Assembly (NCBI GenBank): GCA_028023455.1
Contig: JAQFVV010000007.1
Location: forward strand, 5,332,001 to 5,396,000
Source of the DNA: Epiperipatus broadwayi
Lineage: Eukaryota; Animalia; Onychophora
Direction of reading: 5' to 3'
DNA length: 64,000 nt
The translations under genes and the position numbers were made by a program. The notes beneath the pieces were generated by a model that worked only from the letters and a program-made list of their open reading frames with translations, made no database searches and was not told where the DNA came from. Positions 26,761-38,840 of the stretch are shown here, one piece after another (positions within the stretch are counted from its first letter, which is position 1; the number at the start of each line of letters is the position of its first letter).

Positions 26761-26989
26761 ATAACTTATTTTATTTTTATGATTAGCAAACTTTCTTTTC
26801 TTATCTTTTTATTTCATATATGGACAATTTACTTTCTAGACTTTTTTAACAATGTCCTGAAATTCATTTTACTTTTAAGTTGTTGCTTTATTTTTATATA
26901 TATTTTTTAGAAACAAGAAAAGCTTCATTTTATTTGTTTAATTATTTTATGTCAAAGGTACTCATTTTTTGTTGGCATATAGTTGTAAA

Positions 26990-27360
26990 AAGAAAGAAAA
27001 TGATTGGAATTATTGAAAGAGTGGCTTTGAAAAAGATTAACTAGAATAAGTTGGATGGAAGAGAAAATAAATATATGATCAAATATTTAAGGAATTTGAA
27101 ATAAAAAGGGAATTATTGAATATGATAAATAATGATTAAGTTTTTGAGTCATGCTTTAAGACAAGATGGGTTTTGACAAAATAATGTAAAAGGCAACATT
27201 TTAAGAAGACTAAGAAGCAAATCAAAAATATTGTCTTAAAATGTGATGAGTGAAATTGACTGTTCTTCATATGCAAATATATAACAAATTGCTGAAGATA
27301 GAACAATGAGGCTGCAGTGATAAGCCATTTTTTTTAAAAACTGATGATGATGAGTCATCT
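26990..27360 (+). mobile_element. RTE-like LINE 3' remnant
   Basis: Decayed ISW.E..N and ...I..G.I.G.R.RGR..-like segments ending in ctgatgatgatg tail. Confidence 0.45.
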
Positions 27361-28859
27361 TTACTTTTGCTGATGGACTTTAATTTATGCATGTTATTTC
27401 CAACACAATACCAACATACTTCAAATGTGTGGAAAAAAGTTTTTGTAATATTCTTCTATCATGTTTTCAAATCTCAGACATAAATAATCCCCAATAGGAC
27501 TCACTTATTATGAACTTTTCTTTTTAAGTATGTAAGCACATTTATTTTAACAAAAACTGTGATTAATTATTTACATCATGTTTCCATATGTATTAATAAT
27601 TTGAGTGAGATATTTATATTTTCTAACTTTTAATTCTCTACTACCTTTCTTTGAACAGTTATTGAGCATAACATTTACCTTTTCCATCATTCATCTTTAG
27701 TTCACCTTTGGTTTTATCTAATAGCTCTTACAATATGTCTTGAATTCCTAAGCCATTATATGCAAAAACAACTGTATCATCTGCAATGTATTTTTCTTTC
27801 CATTTCAAGCCACAAAATACTTTTTATAAAACTGATGCAAAAGTTATTGGAAGGATATAATCACTTTACACTCTTACCAATATTAGCCTTCCTAATATGT
27901 TCTAACATTTTAATCACAGCTAAAAGACTTGTAAATCCAATGTAAATCAGGAACTGATATTCTTTGGACCTTCACTTAATATTAAATGTGATTCACTATT
28001 CTGTAACCATTTTTAAATCTAGCTTTTTTTTTTTTTGGATAAATTAGATCCAAAATTTTCTACATATAATTTATAACAATCATAATAAAGAGCTTGTCTA
28101 GAATTGATAGATGACGGATAAGTTTAATTCTAATAATTTATTTATAACTTGCTTAAATATCAATAATACTTTAGTATTTTACTTTAGTATTTTTTCCAAT
28201 CCCCAACATATTTTATCATTTAGACATTGTTTATAGTTTTGTAGTTATGTTTTGTTTTCAACTTTTTTTAAAATATCTATAATGATGCTATAATTTTATG
28301 ATGTTCTCGAGTTTTCATCATAAATTAAAGTATGATGAAGAACTTAAAACATGTGAAGTTTTAAAATATGTTGTTGTGAATATACAGTTGTGTCATTTGT
28401 TTTATTCTTTATTATTAAATAATTTTTTGTAGAAAACATTTACACACTTTTTGATGTCATTTCTATATAAAACTAAATCATCCATGCACTTTACTACTGT
28501 TACACAATACTTTATTTACCACCCTCTTTTACAGTTTCGATTGCCCCAGCAATCTTCTTTAGAACTATAACATAATACAAACATATAAATATAAATGAAC
28601 ATATAATGTCATTTCTATTATAGGTCAGACTAATATTAATTTCTATTACTGATCCTAAAGTTTTTTGGGATTTATGATTTTTTTTGAATATCCATAATAA
28701 ATCCTCTCTTCCTCATAAACCCAAATAATACAGAAAAATTAAATACATATTAATTTTGGTATATACAATTCATGAATATTGAAATAATATTTATATATTG
28801 TATATATAGCTTATCACATTTATAACAGTATCACATTTAAAAATATACAATATATAGTC

Positions 28860-29860
28860 AACTCTTCATGGAATAGTGCCACCTACTACAAACCATGATA
28901 ATTAGAGGATGCCCACTTATCCAATATCCCTAGACTCATTTCTAGTTTAGTGCTTTCATCAGTGATAGGCATTGGATCTGATAACATTGATCTTTGGAGT
29001 TAATGCAACCCTCCATCAGCCACCTCTTATATATTTAGTTAATTATATAGCTATAATGTTTTCAGTTTAAGCTAATTCATTTGTATAGCCATATATTTGG
29101 TTTCTGATTTTTCAATAACCATAGTCACCATCATCCTATGAGAAAAATTGGTATTAAACCTCTACAACATCACATGATCATTATTTCTATGCTTACACAA
29201 GCTATTAAATCAGTAGTAAACTCTTCATACAGTATTGCCACCAATGCAAACAATAGTAATCAATATATTCTAAAAGGTTTGTACATAAAATCCCTATATA
29301 GCATATTCATTTGATATCCCCAGAATAGTTTCTACCTTGTGGTCCTCATCAGTGAGGATCCTTTGAATCTGAGAGCAGTACACATAGATCTTTGGATCTA
29401 ATCCAATCATGAACAGCCACCTTTATCTCTTTACTTAACTATAAATCTATGAGCTCAAAATAAAAATGCAATAATGTTTTCAATCTAAGCTAATTCAATT
29501 GTATAATCATGCAGATCTGAACTCAGTTCAATAACTAGATGTTTTGTTGTCTGTTTTTTAAGTAACTATGGTCAACATCATTATATGGATATAATTGGAA
29601 TTAAATAAAAAATCACATAATCACTATTTGCTATGCTAATACAAGCTGTTAAAATTCTCTGTGCATTAGTATTATCAAGTGTCATCTATAATAATCAGTG
29701 TTTGTTAAAATGTCTATGCATAAAATCTCTATCTAGTGCCTATTAATCCAATATTCCCAGAGCAATTTCTAGCTTGTGGATTTTATTACTGAGAAGTCTG
29801 GATCTGAAAGCATTGCACCAAAATTTTTGGATCTAATGCAAGTCATCAGCAGCCACCTTG
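28860..29860 (-). mobile_element. Family A head-to-tail partial trimer (three decayed HHRs on minus strand)
   Basis: cagccacc at 29017, 29414, 29850 (periods 397 and 436); HHR remnants near 28920-28980, 29315-29370 (CUGAUGA..GAAAC intact), 29750-29805. Confidence 0.8.
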
Positions 29861-30293
29861 ATAATGACCATATAATATAGTTGAAACATTAGGCAAATTA
29901 AAATAAAAAAATGATTTATGAAATTTAAAAAAAAAAACAAGATTTGAAAAGAACGTGTTTTTTTTTTTATTATATTTAAATTAATAGGCCATATTTGTAA
30001 ATAAAAATGGTGTCATCCCTCTTATTGATTCTATTTTATTATATTTGTTAAATTACTTATGTAGGCATGTATACAGAAACTTACAAATCTATAAAAATGA
30101 TATTAATTTAAATTAACATGAAGTGCAAAGTTATATATACAGGATGTATTGTGACAAATGATATAATTTTTTAAAAAATTTACAATAGTCCAAAATTTAT
30201 ATGATTTTATTGAAGTTTTAAAAAAATTCTACTAATATATCACTGATTTTTATAGGAGATATTTCAGATTTTTAAAACCATAATTTTTTTTAG

Positions 30294-30516
30294 AATATTA
30301 CACAATTATATGATGTGGTTTGCTGTAAAAAGTATGGTTCCTTATTTATCAAAGCCATTTCGTGATGCCATCAAACCCTTGACAGAAGTTTTACAAGGAT
30401 CTTCTGGTGGAGAAGTTGCATGGCGATCTTGTGTCTCAGAAACAGATGGAGTAATTGGTTTTGCACTAGGAGCTATGTTTGTTCGAAGTGTCTTTCAAGG
30501 AAGCAGTAAGGAAAAG
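30294..30516 (+). CDS. ECE/neprilysin-like exon 3 in window
   Basis: tag|AATATTACAC...GAAAAG|gtaact; 223 nt; phase 2 matches exon 2; ILHNYMMW...WRSCVSETDGVIGFALGAMFVRSVFQGSSKEK (L.NY..W and W..CV......GFALG.MFV motifs). Confidence 0.95.
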
Positions 30517-30549
30517 GTAACTGATTAAGTTTAATATTTAAAACTTTTT

Positions 30550-31650
30550 TTATTTAGTTAAACATAATCCTATAAAAATTATTTATGTAGATTAATGCAT
30601 AGTGTAATGAGTAGTACTGTTGAATAACATTAGTCAACATATTACTAATCTGACCAAAATATTTGTGATTATTAGCTTCTTTTTCTAATTCATAATTATC
30701 AATATTTGTTTCCTTCTGAGAAAATCCATTGAACATTACTTTAGTATTTTTTTGCATTTATATTTAGTCAGAAATTGTTTGTAACATTTCTTGACTCTGC
30801 AATATTATTTTCAAAAACAATCGCATCATCTGCAAAGTGTATATAACTTTAAAAATATATATTTAATTTTATTCCCTAAGCTTTCAATATTATGCATAAA
30901 ATATTCTAAAATTACAGTAAAAAAAATTTGAGATATGGAATTATCCTAACACACATGTTTGTCAATGTTAATTTTCTTATTATCACTAGATAATTTATTC
31001 TCTGCTAATGCATTTTGATAAATATTCTCCAGAATATGACAGAATTTCTGGTCTATATCTTGATAATCCAAACTTTCATTACTGTGGAAATGTTTATGGA
31101 ATCAAATATCTATTATATAATTTACAAATCTAAGGTGTTCTCTCTATAGCTCGTTTCTCAATATTTGGATGTGATTTATCGATTGATTTGTGTCCACAGC
31201 TTCTTTTAGAAAGTTGTGTTTGCTTCAATAAAAATCTTATATAGAATTCATAGAAGGCCTTGCAATATCTTTTTTGTCACTTTTTGTAAATATCATTTTC
31301 AAATCATCTGGTACTTTGTTTTATATTTAATTTAAACTGAACAGATTTATACCCCAATCAGATGCACTGTAATATTGTTATAATGGCTCAATAATAATTG
31401 GTCAAAATTTGTTATTTGTTTACCTCTTTTATCGAATACCAATTATAATTCTATCATTTCAAAGATCTTCACTAATTGGTCAAAATTTGTTATTTGTTTA
31501 CCTCTTTTATCGAATACCAATTATAATTCTATCATTTCAAAGATCTTCACCAATTTCAATAGATTTAAATGCTTGTGCCACTTCTTAAAATTTAATATGC
31601 TTAGCAAGTATGGTGTTTTAATTGTAGAGGTTTTATGATAGCTGTTGTTT
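30550..31650 (-). mobile_element. RTE-like LINE RT fragment
   Basis: FADDAIVF near 30820, KTKVM..., ..YFGQ (ORF 30554-30757); carries a perfect 78-bp tandem duplication 31395-31550. Confidence 0.7.
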
Positions 31651-32039
31651 TATTAATATTTTGATTTTTTTTCTTTGTATTGATGAAGCAACTTACTTTC
31701 AATACCAAGTTGTTTCTTTATTTTTTTTAGACTTTTATTAGTATTTGCATCATTTCTTACCTATTAAAAGTTATATATATATTAAACAAAATACACTAGA
31801 ATAACTCTACAAAATTAAAAATGTCTATATAAAATAAAAATAATAATTTCTCATTTATTTCACTGCCACTCTTGGGGTCTTTCACATGTTTGGAAGTTGT
31901 TTTAGAATTGTAAGGATTGCTAAATATAATAATTCAAAAACAAAATAAAGAAATTGTTAATTGTAATAATATGTATATAAAAATGTTAAAACTATTAAAT
32001 GTCATATTGTAAAACAATAGTAAAAAGAATGTATATATA

Positions 32040-34555
32040 TACTTCAACAAAAATCAATCTAACGTTGCTTAAAAAACCAGAGGGCCCTAGTGACTTTGAA
32101 AATCTCAGGCCAATCTCAATGAGCCCTCTTCTCATAAAGATCATTGAGGGTCTGATAAAAAATGATATCCAGGAGAACATCATCAGTCAACTGTCTGCCT
32201 GCCAGTTTGCAAAAAATGGTAGCTCCACAGCAGATGCCATCAGCAGATTTTGCCTCATTGTCGATCATGTTCGCAGGGAAAAAATGTCCTGGCCAGTTGC
32301 AGTTCAATTAGACTTTGCCGGTGTCTTTGACTGCATCAAGATCGATGTGCTCCTTAGTGTACTGGAAGAGCTCCAAGTGCCCAAGGCATATCTCCAAATG
32401 ATTGAGAATCTTCTGCAAAAATAGAGAAGTGTTTTCCTCATTGGGTGGTCGAGTTGCTCCAGGATTTCAGCCAAGCATTTCCATCCCGCAGGGCTTACCA
32501 CTAAGTGCACTCCTCTTTGCAGCCTATATAAACCCATTGCTGTTGCACATTGATGCAACACTCTCAGGTGTCGCCATACCTTTGCTGAGAGAGAGCATTC
32601 ATCAAGTTTTCTACATTGATGATGTGGTGGTGTTTCTCTCATCTCAGGATGAGTTTGCTGGGCTAGAGGATATCTTGGATCACTTTGCTAGTGAATTTGG
32701 TCTAAGAGTCAATGAGGCCAAGTCAGCTATGTGGTCAATCAAATCAGGAAAGCAAATCCTGGGGAGATTCAGAGCAACTCCACAAAAGTTTCTAGGATTC
32801 ATGTTGGCCTCTCCCCCTTACATCATGAGGAAGGAGCTTGAAGAATCCCTGTTAAAGAAAGTTGTAAATTCAGTCACCTCACTATCAAAGGTCTGGTTGT
32901 CATTGTTGGGAAAGGTCACCCTTCTCAATGCCATAGTATTGCCAAAAAATCACATATTTTCTGCCTGGGTTTTTCCCTACAAGGGCATTCATTCGCAAGG
33001 TGGAAACTCAATGCAGAAGACTATGTTGCGGTGAAAAAGCCCCAGTCATAAGTCTCAGTCTTCTCCAAAAACCAAAGGCTCATAATGGGCTTGGACTACA
33101 TTCAATCTCCACATTCCTATTTCAAAGGACATATAATATACTAGTAAAATTATTTAGCCAAAACCCATGTATGGTGAAGGTAGAACCAACAGATCGTCCT
33201 CCACCCAAACAAACAAGCATTTGGCTGCAACTACAGTGTCAATGATTGTAGGGAAAACTAATATATCAGCCACTATGTTTGGCTTCAAGCTTAACCATTG
33301 GGAAGCATTTAGTATGACACAAAACAATGAGTCGACAGTGGAGAGTCTTCTCTCAATCAGCATTCCCAGGTTTGCTAGGCCAAAAAATCACATATTTTCT
33401 GCCTGGGTTTTTCCCTACAAGGGCATTCATTCGCAAGGTGGAAACTCAATGCAGAAGACTATGTTGCGGTGAAAAAGCCCCAGTCATAAGTTTCAGTCTT
33501 CTCCAAAAACCAAAGGCTCCTAATGGGCTTGGACTACATTCAATCTCCACATTCCTATTTCAAAGGACATATAATATATTAGTAAAATTATTTAGCCAAA
33601 ACCCATGTATGGAAAGCCCCTTGCCATTGGTGAAAGTAGAACCAACGGATCGTCCTCTATCCAAACAAACAAGCATTTGGCTGCAACTACAATGTCAATG
33701 ATTGTAGGGAAAACTAATATATCAGCCACTATGTTTGGCTTCAAGCTTAACTATTGGGAAGCATTTAGTATGACACAAAACAATGAGTCGACAATGGAGA
33801 GTCTTCTCTCAATCAGCATTCCCAGATTTGCTAGGTTGGCAAAAAGGATAAGACTTGAACCTAAGCTGGTGGATTTCCTGATAAAAGTTAACCTCAGAGC
33901 CCTCCCAACATATATCCAATTTGCCCAATGTGTAATAAAAATGAGACAATGAGCCATATCCTAGATCAATGTGAAATATGGAATAATCTTCGTTTTTGTG
34001 CCCTTAAAAGATTCAGGGAAGCTGACATTACAGGTACAAATATCGCAAAGGCGGTAAAGAGTGGCCTTTATGGTAAAATTAGACTGGCCACCTTTGTAAA
34101 TTTTGCTATATGGATAGTGAGAAATAAGAGAGTCTTTGACAATAGATTGAATAATAATCCAGAAGAGCTTTTTTTCAAGTTACTTGGTGAGGCCAAAGAA
34201 TACGATTGGAAAGTATGCCAGCACTGGTTATCCAGTCAGACATGGGACCAACTGGAGATCTGAAGATCAAAACACTTAGGTACTTATAGTACTGTCATGG
34301 CAAAATTAAAAAACTGGACATAATTACTCCTATGGAGAGTCTAAAAGTTGTCGCATTAATATAATCCAGCCCTTTCCATTTAATTGTTATTTATTGTTAA
34401 AACTCTGAATTTGGTGGTCAACAAATTGACCCAAATAATTCCTAAGTAGCTTATATTTATGTAATTTTTTTTTATTTTTTACCATTAGTTTTCTTATTTA
34501 TTGTTTTTATTGTAGAGCCACTGTACATTGTAAGCATGTAGCCTATAATAAAAAG
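32040..34555 (+). mobile_element. 5'-truncated L1/Tx1-like LINE (RT + zf-RVT) with internal duplication
   Basis: LRPISM, QLDFAGVFD, PQGLPLSALLF, FYIDDVVV, SLLGKVTLLNAIVLPK, GLGL, C..C...ETMSHILDQC, IWIVRNKRVF; aataaaaa at 34547. Confidence 0.9.
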
Positions 34556-34619
34556 AGGTTAAATGATATCCATATGTATCTTCTTAGTGTGAATAAAGTT
34601 GTTATTTGAAACTAAAAAC

Positions 34620-36020
34620 TAACTGTGATAAAACACAGTTGCTGAAGCTTTAAACATAAAATTACAAATATAAAGCTGAACACTTTTGGGGGACTTAAGC
34701 CTCCATAATCATAGCCCAATACAAAATAAATACAAAATATAAACACTTATTCAAAAGCAAAATGCATACCTCAAATAAAATGTAAACTAAATCTAAATAA
34801 ATAAATCAATAAAATAACATAAAAATAAAATAATATAAAAATAAATATTATAATGCCCATGTTTTAGAAATATTAAAATAAAAATCCTTTCTATTAATAG
34901 CATTGGGATTACCAGCAATAAAACAAGCTTCTTTAATCTTATGCTTTACCTCATTCTTCTCCATACACGCTAATCTTGCCTCTACTGGTTGACAGGTGTC
35001 CAGCCTTATTTTCATGTTTCACAAACACTGAATTACCCAAAAATTTAGTTTTAGTATGATGATATAAATATTTATGCTGTGAAACTCTATTTAAAATATT
35101 GGTTTTAATTTCACCATAATAAATAGAACGACAATTTTTATGAGGACAAGAAACACTATAAACCACACGCTATGTTAAATTAGATTCAATTTTAAATTTT
35201 GAATTGTTAATCAATCTATTCATATTTGGAGGTGAATGAAAAATTACTTGAAAATCTGGAGATAACTTATTAATTAACTGTTTTGCAATAGAATGAATAT
35301 ATGGCAAAACTATACGAGGTTTTCCTGTCTTGTCAGGTTTAAACCGCAAATTATGTAAAAATTTTACAACTCTATTATTGATAATTGAATGTTTATGTCC
35401 AAGTTTCACTAAGTCCTCAATAATAAGATTTTCTTTCCTATGTGCCTCAAATTTACAAAGATGGTGGTTTCTATATAAAAACGAATTCAAAGATGTCAAC
35501 TTGTGCACATGAGGAGAGTATGAATGTGGATGAATTAAACCCCTAACTTCCATAGGTTTCACAAACATACGATAGTCCAAATGATCTTCTGTTCTATGCA
35601 CAGTAATATCTAAATATTTCACTTCCTGTAATGCATCTTCCCAATTTATCGTAAGATTTAAACTGGTAGCCTCATGAATACTACTTTGAAGAGTTAATAA
35701 ATGTAGGAATAATACTACGCTCAAAATGGTATAAAACTATACTCAAAAGGTTTCTGCTAAGAGGAAGGCCCATAGGCCATTCATTCAACATTTGAAAACA
35801 AGAATCTTTAAAGGTAGCCACTAAATTTTCATCCAGCCAAGTCAAAAATTCAACAATAAAATCAACTTTATGAGATGGAAAGACTTTATCACGTAAAGAT
35901 AACTTGACTATATCTATTGACTGCTTACGATCAATGGACCGCATTTTTAATAGCATCAATAAATTTAAATGATGAATTAACTGTAAACAATCCAAAACCT
36001 TTAGCATCAATCAAACAATG
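34620..36020 (-). mobile_element. PLE 3' part (RT C-terminal + YYG-type GIY-YIG + pLTR)
   Basis: PMGLPLS, YLDITV, IVLPYI, VYSVSCPHKNCRSIYYGE (ORFs 35681-36010, 35170-35724, 34951-35166). Confidence 0.85.
34675..34715 (-). ncRNA. Type I hammerhead-like motif, A3-U8 core variant
   Basis: GCU AUGAUUA U GGAGG-CUUAAGU-CCCCC AAAA GUGU UC AGC (G12->A at a former CpG). Confidence 0.55.
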
Positions 36021-37280
36021 ATTAATCAAAACAGAAGTTACAAAATAATGTTCTGGTTTGTAAGCTATTATCACCATCTAATCTTTTTCTTACAATAGAC
36101 AATGCTTCTTCACTTGGTACATTTGTGAATAAACTTTGCAAATCAAAGCTTATCAATAAGTCAGTTATTTCAATTTTTGTATTCTTGATTAATTCTACAA
36201 AATGCCTAGCATCCCTGACAAAGCACTGGGTCTCATATGCCAAAGGACATGAGAAGAAATCTTGATAAATTTTGGCAAGATTAATTTCTAGAACTAACAA
36301 TAGGTCTTAATGGAACATAATTCTTATAATTTTAAGTAGATGCTGAATTATGATGGTTTTTTTTACTTTTTTATGAATACCTGAAGTACCTGCAATGCTT
36401 TTAGAGTAATGCTTGTAACTTTGTTTCTGTACTCGGTTTTGGACTTTTTACCACTTTTCTGTATTGGCCTGCTGTGAGGAGTTCTTGTATTTAGTTGTCA
36501 TAATCAGTTGTATCTACTACAACTGTTGCATTGCCTTTGTCATCAGGCAGAATAATTATAGATTTATCTTTTATGGTAGATTTAATTGTTTTCCTCTCAC
36601 TATATGATATGTTTGACATCAATTTTTGTTGCTTGTCAAGTGTTCTATTTATTCTCCAGAGTAATTCTGCTGCTTTTTCTAAAGGCAATTTATGAGTGAT
36701 GTCTTTGATAGCTGCCATTATATCTAATAAAAGAATATTAAGTGGTGTTAACACATGAAACTGTTACACTGCTTGGAACATTATGGTTTTTTATATGCCC
36801 ATATAGATTAGCAAGTTTCTTCTTTTAGCATTTTTTTATTTTTCCATATAATGTAAAATATGATTTTCTTACTTCTTGAGAAAGATTTCATATTTAGAAA
36901 ACCTTTGAGCATTTATTCTTTTAACAGAGCATCACCTGCTCTCTGAATAATTTTCTCAGCTCTCAGAGAGGAAATTGGAGGTTTTAGTTGCAAACCCTTA
37001 GAAACTATCCCTTCAGATTTAGACATAAATTTTTTATAATGTCTAAAGTTTGATATAGTATCTGATCTATACAGAATACTTGGTGCTTTCCTAAAAGTTT
37101 GTAATGATGGTGTTTTAGTTGTATTTATATGTTGGGCTATTTCCATCATCTAATACGAGTATTGAATAACTTGACATAAATTTATTTCAATATTTTAAAT
37201 ACATTCAATTGTTAGTAATGGAACACAGGTTAGTATATGCACAATATTTTGAAAGCATTATTCTCCCCTCTTCTTGGTGT
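36020..37280 (-). mobile_element. PLE 5' part (N-terminus and RT start), Penelope/Poseidon-like
   Basis: IIILPDDKGNATVVVD, SFDLQSLFTNVP (ORFs 36913-37149, 36491-36754, 36022-36300). Confidence 0.85.
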
Positions 37281-37307
37281 TGCTGGCCTGACCAGTGACA
37301 TTATTAG

Positions 37308-37389
37308 CCTGGGAATCTAACCTGGACCCTTAGATTCTTGAGTATTAAATTTTTTAAGATAACACTCTAACCAACCAAGCCATCCTACC
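37308..37389 (-). other. tRNA-derived (A-box/B-box-like) segment between two PLE copies
   Basis: ggtaggatggcttggttggttagag ... ggtccaggttagattcccagg; spacer longer than a tRNA and no clean cloverleaf. Confidence 0.35.
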
Positions 37390-37419
37390 AAAGACAATCA
37401 GTAGAAATTTTATATACTT

Positions 37420-38730
37420 ATCTATGATGTTCCTCCTGATTTCTCCGCATTTTCTAAGAGAAAAGTTGGTTAGTGGTTTCCATACATTATGTATAGTCAT
37501 ACCTTTATTGACTTATGTTATTGTTTGCCATTGTCATGTGAGCAACTTCTTTAAATTTTTTTCTTATACCTTTTCTTCTCTATCCAATATTTTTGTACTT
37601 TCCCAATTGAACATATGTTCATTGGTACATACATTGTCTTCTACTTTAGACACATCTGTTTTCCCTCTTCTAATTATCAGTTTGCTCTCTTGCAAACACT
37701 TTTCAAAAAGATAACTGGTCTCACAAATATACATTATTTCACAATCACATGTATTTTTATAGATGAAGTTTTTTTTCAGCATTTTCCCCATAGTGTGGTA
37801 TGACTCTGGAAAGCTGTTCTGATGTTATAGTGATTAAAGATTTTTTTCATTTGTTTGATATTTTTGGTATGTATGGGTACACTACAGTACCAATAATTGT
37901 TTCTTCTTTTGATAGTTCTTTTTGTTGTTCTATTGAAGGTTTTTTTAAGAACAGTGGATAGGTAACAATTTTTTATAAAAGTTTATTCTATATAGATATT
38001 TTATTTGTTCATATCACTGGTTTCTGAACAAACTTCTTTTGCTCTATTCCATAGTGATAGTAGAACTCTGTGTTTTGTGTTTCTGTTGTGATTGGATGTA
38101 TATGTTAAGTATTTTTCATATGTGTGAGTTTTTGGTAATCTGTAGTTTTTGCCATGGAAGAGTCTTGTCAGAAGAATATCTAAAAATGCCAATTTTTGTT
38201 CTTGTTCTGATTCTGTTGTGAATTTAATTGAAGGGGATATGATGTCTTTCACTAAAGTTTGTAGTAGTGCTTCACCATATAGCCATACAACAAATGTATC
38301 ATCTACAAACAAACTTTAGGTGAATATGGAGTAAATTTTTATTGCTGTGGTTTCAAGTTCTTCCATGTAAATATCACTTATCTGGTGTGACAATGGTGAG
38401 CCCAATTTCTTGATTTTATTAATAGAATTCTGTGCATATTTAAAGTAGACTGTTTTTATGCAGAATGTTAATAGTTCCGTTATAATCAATAGGAAAGTTG
38501 CTCTGGGTTGTAAGATATTATACCATTTAATCTTTTCCTTACGGTAGATAATGCTTCTTCACATGGTACTTTTGTTAATTGCACATCAAAGCTTACCAGT
38601 AAGTCATTTCTTTCAATTTTCATGTTTTTGATTAATTCTACAAAGTGTCTAGAATCCCTAACAAAGCACTGGGTCTTGTATGCCAAAAGACTTAGAACTT
38701 TGAGAAGAAATCTTGACAATGTCGACAAAA
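37420..38730 (-). mobile_element. PLE fragment (RT + GIY-YIG), same family as 36020-37280
   Basis: FVRDSRHFVELIK..SFDV, FVDDTFVVW, IKFTTESE...LAFLDILL, IYKNTCDCEIMYICET. Confidence 0.85.
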
Positions 38731-38840
38731 TGTGATTTTAAAAAAAAAAAACAGGAAAAAGAGATTGAAGAAATGCTTTTGTTGAAAATAAGAAAAGAAA
38801 ATTGTATTTTTTTTTTTCAAAATTATAATATTTCGTAATA

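Noticed and set aside
28330-28375. HHR-like atgatgaagaactt...aagttttaaaatatgttg in a small inverted repeat
   Set aside because: Too many core mismatches in very AT-rich sequence; may be chance.
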